Shown: in pieces, positions 7,958 to 14,931 of the stretch | Position numbering within the stretch: position 1 is the first letter of the stretch | Layout: every line of letters begins with the position of its first letter | Assembly: GCA_050122535.1 (NCBI GenBank) | Contig: JASFIT010000001.1 | Location: 1-41,019, forward strand | Length of the DNA: 41,019 nucleotides | From: Desulfobacteraceae bacterium | GTDB taxonomy: Bacteria > Desulfobacterota > DSM-4660 > Desulfatiglandales > HGW-15 | Direction: 5' to 3' | The notes under the pieces: generated by a model | The model's database searches: none | What the model was told of the DNA's origin: nothing | Seen by the model: the letters and a program-made list of their open reading frames with translations, nothing else | Position numbers and translations under genes: made by a program

Positions 7958-9100
7958 ATGCGTTTCGAGCCCACCATGAAACAGGCCGTAATCAGGCGCA
8001 CTGCCAGGAAATTCGCTGAGACCAAGCTCGCGCCCGCAGCAGCTGAGATGGACAGGACTGGCCATTTTCCCTGGGATATTGCCGAGGAAATGGCGGAGCT
8101 CAACTATTTCGGCCTGGAAATTCCTGCCCGGTATGGTGGTGCAGAGCTCGATACTGTGAGCGGCGCCATCGTCATCGAAGAAATTTCAAGGGTCAACGCG
8201 GCCATGGGACTCTGTGTGTCCGTCCACAATAGTGTTTCGGCCCATCCCACCTACCAATTTGGGAGCGACAACCAGTATGAGAATTTTCTGGTGCCTCTGG
8301 CCTCGGGCAAGAAGATAGGGACCTTTTGCCTTACTGAACCCAATGCGGGTTCCGATGCTTCCTCCTTGGAGACCACGGCCATTCGTCAGGGAGATGATTA
8401 TATCCTCAATGGTAACAAGGTATTTGTGACCAATGGGGGTATTTCTGGAATTAACCTGATCTTCTCCAGAATCCATCCTTTTGAAACGGGTAAAGGATTT
8501 ACTGTTTTTATCGTGGAATCTGACCGCGAAGGCCTGGAAAAGGGGCCTGCAGAGGAACTGATGGGTATGCGTGGGAATCCGGTTTGTCCCATTATTCTCA
8601 ACGATTGCCGTATCCCTCCGCAGAATCGTCTTGGCGGGGAGGGCGAGGGGCTCAAGATCGCCCTCTCAACGCTGGGAGGTGGACGAATCGGCATCGCGGC
8701 TCAAGCCCTGGGTATCGCCCAAGGTTCTTTGGAAGTATCCCTCAAGTATGCAAAAGAACGGCATCAGTTCGGGAAATCCATCTCGCAGTTTGGGGCTATC
8801 CAGAACTTCCTGGCGGATATGGCAACGCGTGTTGAGGCGGCGAGGCTTTTGATCTACCGAGCTTCTGACCTGAGGGATAAAGGACTCGACCATACCACTG
8901 AGTCAGCCATGGCGAAGCTCTATGCCAGTGAAGCGGCAGTGGAGGCAGCAAGAATCGGTGTTCAGATCCATGGCGGATATGGATACACCAAGGCCTACCC
9001 CATTGAGCGGTTCTACAGGGACGCAAAGGCCTGTGAGATCTACGAAGGCACCTCAGAGGTGCAGCGCATGATCATCGCACGAAACCTTATCGGTGACTAA
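7958..9100 (+). CDS. Acyl-CoA dehydrogenase (butyryl/short- or branched-chain type)
   Basis: About 380 aa from ATG 7958 (GGGAG 9 nt upstream). Family motifs: FCLTEPNAGSDASS, GGYGYTKAYPIERFYRDAKACEIYEGTSEVQRMIIAR. The ORF-track TTG start at 7898 is probably too far upstream. Confidence 0.85.
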   Translation: MRFEPTMKQAVIRRTARKFAETKLAPAAAEMDRTGHFPWDIAEEMAELNYFGLEIPARYGGAELDTVSGAIVIEEISRVNAAMGLCVSVHNSVSAHPTYQFGSDNQYENFLVPLASGKKIGTFCLTEPNAGSDASSLETTAIRQGDDYILNGNKVFVTNGGISGINLIFSRIHPFETGKGFTVFIVESDREGLEKGPAEELMGMRGNPVCPIILNDCRIPPQNRLGGEGEGLKIALSTLGGGRIGIAAQALGIAQGSLEVSLKYAKERHQFGKSISQFGAIQNFLADMATRVEAARLLIYRASDLRDKGLDHTTESAMAKLYASEAAVEAARIGVQIHGGYGYTKAYPIERFYRDAKACEIYEGTSEVQRMIIARNLIGD

Positions 9101-9117
9101 GCGGCCGAGAAATATGA

Positions 9118-9437
9118 CACCACAGAGACACGGAGGACACAGAGAGGGGAATAGTTTTCATTGGGCGGGAGATACCGCCCAATGAAAAAATCTCTGCCTC
9201 CCACCCGCCGTAGCAGAGCTACTGCGGAGTGCGGGTCGGCCTAAATATCGGTGGCATGCGAAATGCTACTCCACGCGCAGGGTCGGGTTTTACACCCGAC
9301 CGATTGCCCGAAGGGCTGAGCCACTTTTGCCCGATCGCCGCCTGCCCGCCATCGCGAGCCGCTCAGGCGAGGCGGGCGGGTCTCCCGATCGGGCAAAAAA
9401 GGAAGTTGACTCTGTGCCCTCTGCGTCTCCGTGGTGA
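9118..9437. repeat. MITE-like composite repeat bounded by imperfect ~26-nt inverted repeats
   Basis: Left end CACCACAGAGACACGGAGGACACAGAG. The right end, reverse-complemented, is CACCACGGAGACGCAGAGGGCACAGAG. Interior hairpins: TTTTCATTGGGCGG-gagata-CCGCCCAATGAAAA (9155..9188), a REP unit at 9250..9301, and a TTGCCCGATCG...CGATCGGGCAA hairpin. Confidence 0.5.
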
Positions 9438-9472
9438 GGATTTAAAGTCTTTGCGAAGCGTATGACTAGCCT

Positions 9473-10282
9473 ATGAACATCGTTGTCTGTATTAAACAGG
9501 TTCCGGATGAGCCGTCCATCCGCATGGATCGGCAAAGGATGACCATCATTCGGGAAGGCGTCAAGAGTATTATCAATCCACTGGATTGCGTGGCAATTGA
9601 GGCGTCCCTTGAATTGCGCAACAGGCTGGGAGGTGAGGTGATCGTACTCACCATGGGACCACCCCAGAGTGAGGAGGCGCTCAGGGAGGCCATGGCCATG
9701 GGTGCAGATCGTGCCATTTTGCTTGCTGATCCTGCCTTTGCAGGTGCCGACACCCTTGCCACATCCCACGTTCTCGCTAGAGCCATCTCAAAATTGGATC
9801 CATTTCCAGACCTGGTCCTATGCGGCATGCAGACCATTGACAGTGATACGGGTCACGTGGGGCCTCAAATCGCAGAAGAACTGGGGATTCCCCAGGTTTG
9901 CGGCGTCAACGAGATTCACTTTGATGAAGATTTCTTGATGGTAAAACGTTTGAGTGACGGTTTTCTGGAGACCCTCCGGGTTGATTTGCCCGCACTTCTG
10001 GCCGTTACCCACGAGCTTTCTTCCGTCAGGCACCTCCCCTTCGGGGCCTTAGAAATCGCCTTTTCGGAAAAAGGGGTCACCCAGTGGGGCCTCGAAGACC
10101 TGAATCTAAAGGAGGAGGAGGTCGGTTTCAAGGGTTCCGCTACTCAGGTCTGGAAACTCCAACCCCCTCCGCCAAGAAGAGAAGGGGATCTAATGACAGG
10201 GCCCCCTCAAACCCTGGTTGATCATTTGATCCGCAAATTGGAAGCCTTAAGCATATTGGACGAGGAAGATGGGCACGAATAA
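9473..10282 (+). CDS. etfB: Electron transfer flavoprotein beta subunit (EtfB/FixA type)
   Basis: 269 aa with MNIVVCIKQVPD, GADTLATS, LCGMQTIDSDTGHVGPQIAEELGIPQV. Confidence 0.85.
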   Translation: MNIVVCIKQVPDEPSIRMDRQRMTIIREGVKSIINPLDCVAIEASLELRNRLGGEVIVLTMGPPQSEEALREAMAMGADRAILLADPAFAGADTLATSHVLARAISKLDPFPDLVLCGMQTIDSDTGHVGPQIAEELGIPQVCGVNEIHFDEDFLMVKRLSDGFLETLRVDLPALLAVTHELSSVRHLPFGALEIAFSEKGVTQWGLEDLNLKEEEVGFKGSATQVWKLQPPPPRREGDLMTGPPQTLVDHLIRKLEALSILDEEDGHE

Positions 10283-11270
10283 AGCCCTGAACGGTGTCTG
10301 GATTTTCGGTGATTACCGGAATTATTTTCAAAACCGGGTGACCCTGCAGCTCATCGCCAAAGGCAAGGAACTGGCAACAAAGCGCAACACCAAGGTGACC
10401 GCCCTCGTACTCGGTGAGCAGGTCCAACAGTATGCCATGGAATACGTGGCCCATGGTGCAGACCTGGTCATCGCAGCGGAACATCCAGACCTGAAGGAGT
10501 ACCAGGTGGAATCCTATTGCGCGCTCGTGGCACAATGGGTGGAAGTCTTCCAACCAGAGATTTTTCTGGCAGGCGCCACTTCTTTTGGCAGGGAATTCTT
10601 TCCTCGTTTGGCAAAGAGACTTGGCACAGGTTTGAGTGCCGATTGCGTAGCTCTCGAAGTGGACGCGGAAACAGGGCTCCTGCTACAGACAACGCCGTCC
10701 TTTGGAGGAGAACTTCTAGCCGAAGTGGTCACGCCGAATCACAGACCACAGATGGCCACAGTGCATCCAGGCGTCTTTCAGGAACTCCCCCATAACCCGG
10801 AGGCCATGGGTCGCATCCTTTACCCAGAGATCAACATTGTGCCTCGAAGCCGTGTAAAGCTCATCCGAAGCAGGCGCCAGCAAATACGAAAAGTTAACCT
10901 GGAAGAGGCGCCAGTGGTCATTGCGGGAGGCAGAGGCCTGGGATCTAAAGAGCAGTTCGAACGCCTTTTTGAGCTGGCAGAGTTATTGGAGGGTGAGGTG
11001 GGAGCCACAAGGCCTGCCATACGGGCTGGGTGGGCCGAGGAGGACAGACTTCTGGGCCAGACGGGGAAGAGCGTGAAACCTAAACTCCTCATCTCTATTG
11101 GGACCTCTGGGGCACTTCAGTACACGACCGGCATCCAGGGTGCAGAAGTCATTATTGCCATTAACCGGGATCCCCATGCACCCATTTTTAAAATGGCTGA
11201 CTTGGGGCTCGCGGGTGACGCCAGCACACTTTTGCCCTTGCTGCTTGAGGTGTTGCGCAAACGCATCTAA
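10269..11270 (+). CDS. etfA: Electron transfer flavoprotein alpha subunit (EtfA/FixB type)
   Basis: 333 aa with GATSFGREFFPRLA, GLSADC, IAGGRGLGS, GQTGKSVKPKLLISIGTSGALQ, IIAINRDPHAPIF. Overlaps the etfB stop. Confidence 0.85.
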   Translation: MGTNKALNGVWIFGDYRNYFQNRVTLQLIAKGKELATKRNTKVTALVLGEQVQQYAMEYVAHGADLVIAAEHPDLKEYQVESYCALVAQWVEVFQPEIFLAGATSFGREFFPRLAKRLGTGLSADCVALEVDAETGLLLQTTPSFGGELLAEVVTPNHRPQMATVHPGVFQELPHNPEAMGRILYPEINIVPRSRVKLIRSRRQQIRKVNLEEAPVVIAGGRGLGSKEQFERLFELAELLEGEVGATRPAIRAGWAEEDRLLGQTGKSVKPKLLISIGTSGALQYTTGIQGAEVIIAINRDPHAPIFKMADLGLAGDASTLLPLLLEVLRKRI

Positions 11271-11282
11271 CCTCCTCCTTCA

Positions 11283-11303
11283 CCCTCCCCCTCAGGGGGA
11301 GGG
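11283..11303 (+). terminator. GC-rich hairpin after etfA (possible terminator or REP unit; no U-tract)
   Basis: CCCTCCCCC-tca-GGGGGAGGG, a perfect 9-bp stem. Confidence 0.3.
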
Positions 11304-11326
11304 CTGGGTGGGGGTCGAGAGGATAA

Positions 11327-11791
11327 ATGATTAAATTCAGAGAGAGCAAAATCAGTGCTCACCATAATTATCTGGTCAATGACCTGCTCACACCAGGTTT
11401 CGTCGTCGGGGATCCTAATTCTCAGAATGCTTTCTATTTTTTGGCCGACCCTGTCCTGCCTGGAGAAAGTACGCCCCTCATCTCTGCCCGAATCATGGAT
11501 GATAAGGGAGATTTACTCCTGGAATTGAACCTGAACCAAATCGGTGATAACCCGGGAAAATGCGACTATCACCCCCTACAAGGGGGGTTCAGAATACTCC
11601 ATTCTTCAGAAGAGCCAATATTGGAGGTCCTCACACAGAATTTTCCGAGGGGGCATCTGACTCGCATAAAGGCGAGGCTCTTTGATGAAAACGGAGATAT
11701 CCGTGTAGAGCCGCTAGGAGAGAGCATACAAGTCCATGGAGACGCAAAGTTAGTCCTCGATACCCCGATCACGCTTTCCCGTAAGACCTAA
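11327..11791 (+). CDS. Hypothetical protein (154 aa), no recognised family
   Basis: Long ORF with a GAGAGGA Shine-Dalgarno. No motif recognised. Confidence 0.5.
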   Translation: MIKFRESKISAHHNYLVNDLLTPGFVVGDPNSQNAFYFLADPVLPGESTPLISARIMDDKGDLLLELNLNQIGDNPGKCDYHPLQGGFRILHSSEEPILEVLTQNFPRGHLTRIKARLFDENGDIRVEPLGESIQVHGDAKLVLDTPITLSRKT

Positions 11792-11828
11792 GCGCATTAT
11801 TTACCCGCCAAAAAAATTGTGATTCCAG

Positions 11829-12314
11829 ATGAAAGCACCACTTAAAAAAAGAAAATACACACGGTTGAAGAATAGAGAGATCTATTCCCAGGTTGGTGTG
11901 ATCGCCCATGTGATCATCGGCACCTTTGATAAACGACCCTATTTCGAACAAAGGGAGCTAGCCCAGAGACTCTGTCAGGTACTAATAGAAACTGCGAAAG
12001 AAAACCGGATCAAGATTTATGCATACTGCATAATGCCAGATCATGTCCATTTGCTGTTTGAGTCTTCCGAAAGCATGGGCGTCATTGAATTCGTCAGATA
12101 TATCAAAGGACGCTTTGCCACTTGGTGCCGTAAGAACAATAGGAACATGCGGTTGCAAAAAAGTTTTTATGACCACCTTTTGAGAAAAGAAGAAGACGTT
12201 TATAGCGCTGCAAAATACATAATGGGGAATCCAGTTCGAGCCGGAATCGAAACTCGTGTGGGCAATTATCCTTTCGCCGGATCCTTAGTGTTCGACTTCT
12301 CCGGTGGCATGTAA
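11829..12314 (+). CDS. REP-associated tyrosine transposase (RAYT; IS200/IS605-like Y1 HUH transposase)
   Basis: 161 aa. HUH motif in YCIMPDHVHLLF, and catalytic-Tyr region AAKYIMGNPVRAG typical of RAYT/TnpA-REP. REP hairpins on both flanks. Confidence 0.75.
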   Translation: MKAPLKKRKYTRLKNREIYSQVGVIAHVIIGTFDKRPYFEQRELAQRLCQVLIETAKENRIKIYAYCIMPDHVHLLFESSESMGVIEFVRYIKGRFATWCRKNNRNMRLQKSFYDHLLRKEEDVYSAAKYIMGNPVRAGIETRVGNYPFAGSLVFDFSGGM

Positions 12315-12421
12315 AATGCCACCCTACGACCCAATTCGTAGGGTCGGGTTTTACACCCGACCGGTGAGATTTAGGGTGGGGATTTACCCGCCAAAGCGCT
12401 GTGGCGGGTGAATTCCCCACC
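12304..12421. repeat. Cluster of four REP-type hairpins abutting or overlapping the RAYT 3' end
   Basis: GTGGCAT-gtaaa-ATGCCAC; CCTACGA-cccaa-TTCGTAGG; GGTCGGG-ttttaca-CCCGACC; GGGGATTTACCCGCC-aaagcgctgt-GGCGGGTGAATTCCCC. The first and third recur at 9250..9301. The TTTACCCGCC half recurs at 11798..11812. Confidence 0.6.
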
Positions 12422-12520
12422 GACTCTCCCGGCAAACCCTTGCACTACATCCACACCCATGCCAAATTCACCATCCATTTTGGGGATTAAGACTGGAATT
12501 AGTAGGTTATCAAGCGTTCC

Positions 12521-12643
12521 TGATCACCAGCAAGGTATTAGATGTAAGGCGCCGAGGAGCGACGACTGAGGCGTATCGAGCAATACGTCGCAAGGAGGAG
12601 CGATCGAAGGCAACGCAGCAGATAATGCCTTGATGGTTGATCA
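12521..12643. other. Long (~120 nt) imperfect palindrome / nested hairpin of unknown function
   Basis: Outer arms TGATCACCAGCAAGGTATTAGATG and CAGATAATGCCTTGATGGTTGATCA. Inner stems GCGACG...CGTCGC and CGTAT...ATACG. Internal direct repeat GAGGAGCGA occurs twice. Confidence 0.4.
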
Positions 12644-12660
12644 GCGGCCGCTTTAGCTTA

Positions 12661-12690
12661 TTGACAAGCCGGTAACATTACGCCTAATAT
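12661..12690 (+). promoter_or_regulatory. Sigma-70-like promoter upstream of the 12749 gene
   Basis: TTGACA-N18-TAATAT, 59 nt before the ATG. Confidence 0.4.
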
Positions 12691-12748
12691 GAATTTTCTT
12701 GAGAACTGCTATCCACACCTTAATTCTTGAGTAAAGGAAGACAAATAT

Positions 12749-13708
12749 ATGAGTGATACAACCCCTGATAAGCGTTCTTCAAAGAAAGGCCACAAAAGAA
12801 CCGCCTCCTTGATCTTTATCCTCCTATTGGCGCTCTTTGTTTTTGTGCTCATTGTTATGTATATCAATGCCATAAAGCCTGGCTTTCTTGCCCAAAGGCC
12901 TGGAGATCCCAAAATAAAAGGGACCTATTTCATAAAGACGAACCTGGCCCTTATCGAACAGATGCGTGAAAACTGGTTACCCAATGACCTTTTCTGGCCC
13001 ACCATCTTTCTGGACAATATGCCCAATTTCCAGATTGGCCAACTGGAGGTGGTCAGGTATAACGTGAGGGTCCTGAGGGATAACCTTTCCAGGATGCGGA
13101 CAACGGACAAGTTGGATCCTCATGCTGAGGCGGCCTTCACGGCCCTTTCAAATGATCCCTACAAATGGTGGTTTCCTTCAGCTGAGAGTAAATGGAAATT
13201 GGGCTATGACAGCCTGCAATCTTTCTATGAGAATCTCCTAAAAGGAGATTCCAATTTTTATCCGAGGGCCGACAATCTGGTAGAGCTTCTCAACCAATAT
13301 CTGTCTCTGATGGGTGGAGCAAATACCAGGCTTATAAACGCACCCGGTGACATCAAGAGGACGCTTTCCATTGAAAAAGACAAAGAAGGTCAACGGCTCG
13401 TGGACATTGATATTCCGTGGACAAAGATAGACGACAACTTCTATTACGCCCAGGGCATTGCCTATGCCCTCTATGAGTCCTTCAGGGCCATAAAGATCGA
13501 TTTCAAAGATGTGCTTATCGACAAAAATTCCATGGAGCTCTTGGATAAGATCCTTGAAGATCTTGAGAGGTGCCACTTCGAGCCCCTTATCATTTTCAAT
13601 GGGGATCCTGACAGTGTTTTTGCCAATCACTCTTTAAATCTCTCCGGGGTTTTCAATGATGCCAGACAAAAGATGAATTCCCTAACGGTAGCCCTGATGC
13701 AAGGTTAG
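12749..13708 (+). CDS. Membrane-anchored protein, probably DUF2333 family
   Basis: 319 aa. Basic N-terminus followed by one TM helix (LIFILLLALFVFVLIVMYI). WLPNDLFWPTIFLDNMPNFQIGQLEVVRYNVRVLRD resembles what I recall of DUF2333. This is a recollection, not a search result. Confidence 0.55.
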   Translation: MSDTTPDKRSSKKGHKRTASLIFILLLALFVFVLIVMYINAIKPGFLAQRPGDPKIKGTYFIKTNLALIEQMRENWLPNDLFWPTIFLDNMPNFQIGQLEVVRYNVRVLRDNLSRMRTTDKLDPHAEAAFTALSNDPYKWWFPSAESKWKLGYDSLQSFYENLLKGDSNFYPRADNLVELLNQYLSLMGGANTRLINAPGDIKRTLSIEKDKEGQRLVDIDIPWTKIDDNFYYAQGIAYALYESFRAIKIDFKDVLIDKNSMELLDKILEDLERCHFEPLIIFNGDPDSVFANHSLNLSGVFNDARQKMNSLTVALMQG

Positions 13709-13762
13709 AGCCCTGGCCTCCTATCCTAATTCCTCATCATCTAGATAACAATTGGTGGACCG

Positions 13763-14104
13763 ATGCATGAGATGTCTATAGCCCAGAGCCTCATTGATAT
13801 CCTTAGAGACGAGATGCTGAAACACGACGCCAAAACCCTCAGGTCTGTGCGTCTGAATGTGGGCCAGATGACTGCCATTGTTCCCGATGCCCTCTCCTTT
13901 TGCTTTCAAGTGGTCACTGACGGGACTGAAATGGAAGGGGCCAGGCTGATCATGGAGATTATTCCCTTGGTGGGTTATTGTAGCGAATGCGAGGAGGAGT
14001 TCGAGATCAAAGATTACGCCTTTGTCTGCCCCTCATGCGACAGCACGAAAATAAACACCATTGGAGGCAAAGACCTCTCTATTGTTGAAATAGAAGTGGA
14101 CTAG
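13763..14104 (+). CDS. hypA: Hydrogenase nickel-insertion protein HypA
   Basis: 113 aa with MHEMSIAQSLIDIL and zinc motif CSEC...CPSC. Confidence 0.85.
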   Translation: MHEMSIAQSLIDILRDEMLKHDAKTLRSVRLNVGQMTAIVPDALSFCFQVVTDGTEMEGARLIMEIIPLVGYCSECEEEFEIKDYAFVCPSCDSTKINTIGGKDLSIVEIEVD

Positions 14105-14250
14105 GGAGGAGTAAGGAGTAAGAAGTAAGGAGTCAGCAGTCAGCAGTACTTCAAAAGCGTAAAACTCACATTGCCTAGTGCATACTGCTTACTGCATACT
14201 GGGTATTGCTCACTGCATACTGCCTAGTGCGTACTGCGAAGTGCCTACTG
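14104..14250. repeat. Two inverted arrays of 7-nt tandem repeats (STRR-like) between hypA and hypB
   Basis: Array A: GGAGTAA GGAGTAA GAAGTAA GGAGTCA GCAGTCA GCAGTAC. Array B has ten units of nnnACTG (CATACTG CTTACTG CATACTG GGTATTG CTCACTG CATACTG CCTAGTG CGTACTG CGAAGTG CCTACTG). B is the approximate reverse complement of A. Confidence 0.7.
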
Positions 14251-14265
14251 TTAAGGAGGAAAGCG

Positions 14266-14928
14266 ATGAAAATTTCAGTGGTTAGAGATATCCTGGAGGC
14301 AAACGATCGGATTGCCCAGCAGAACAGAGACCTATTTAACGAAAACAAGCTGTTGGTGATCAATCTCATGAGCTCACCTGGGGCCGGCAAGACCTCTCTT
14401 CTTGAAAGGAGCATCACTGCCCTGAAAAAGGACTTGAGAATTGGGGTTATAGAGGGAGACATCCAATCTTCTCAAGACGCGGAGCGTATAGCCCAGACTG
14501 GCATTCCCGTGGTACAGATCAATACGGGTGGCGCCTGCCATCTTGACGGGAACATGATCCGGGATACCTTCGGAGAATTTAGTTTCAAAGACTTGGACCT
14601 TCTTGTGGTTGAGAACGTGGGTAATCTGGTCTGTCCTGCGGAGTTCAAGGTGGGTGAGGATTTCAAGGCCATGATACTCAGTGTCACAGAGGGTGACGAT
14701 AAGCCTACCAAATATCCCCTTATGTTCCATGAGTCTTCAGTTTTGCTCATCAACAAAATGGATCTACTTCCCTATGTGGATTGCAGTGTGGAAAAAATTA
14801 GGGAGGACGCACTGAAGATCAATCCGGGTCTATCCATATTTGAGATTAGCTGTAAAACGGGTGAGGGTCTTGAAGACTGGTATAACTGGGTCCGGGAAAG
14901 GGCCAGGGACAAGGAGGAGAGCCAGTAG
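14266..14928 (+). CDS. hypB: Hydrogenase maturation GTPase HypB
   Basis: ATG 14266 preceded by AAGGAGG. P-loop SSPGAGKTSLLE and ENVGNLVCP motif. The ORF-track start at 14206 lies in the repeat array and is unlikely. Confidence 0.85.
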   Translation: MKISVVRDILEANDRIAQQNRDLFNENKLLVINLMSSPGAGKTSLLERSITALKKDLRIGVIEGDIQSSQDAERIAQTGIPVVQINTGGACHLDGNMIRDTFGEFSFKDLDLLVVENVGNLVCPAEFKVGEDFKAMILSVTEGDDKPTKYPLMFHESSVLLINKMDLLPYVDCSVEKIREDALKINPGLSIFEISCKTGEGLEDWYNWVRERARDKEESQ

Positions 14929-14931
14929 GCC

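Noticed and set aside
9252-9267. Sigma-54-like TGGCATGCGAAATGCT (also TGGCATGTAAAATGCC at 12305..12320)
   Set aside because: GG-N10-GC is satisfied, but the -12 element is ATGC rather than TTGC. The sequence is the two arms of a REP hairpin (GTGGCAT-n5-ATGCCAC) repeated in the window, and it is not positioned before a gene start in a sensible way.
9229-9837. Track ORFs across the acd-etfB spacer and antisense to etfB (9229..9465, 9290..9769, 9466..9837)
   Set aside because: They are translations of REP/MITE hairpins (Arg/Ala/Gly/Pro-rich) or the antisense strand of etfB.
14104-14250. Possibility that the short-repeat arrays are a CRISPR array
   Set aside because: The repeat unit is only 7 nt, with no unique spacers and no cas genes. 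These are tandem heptamer (STRR-like) repeats.
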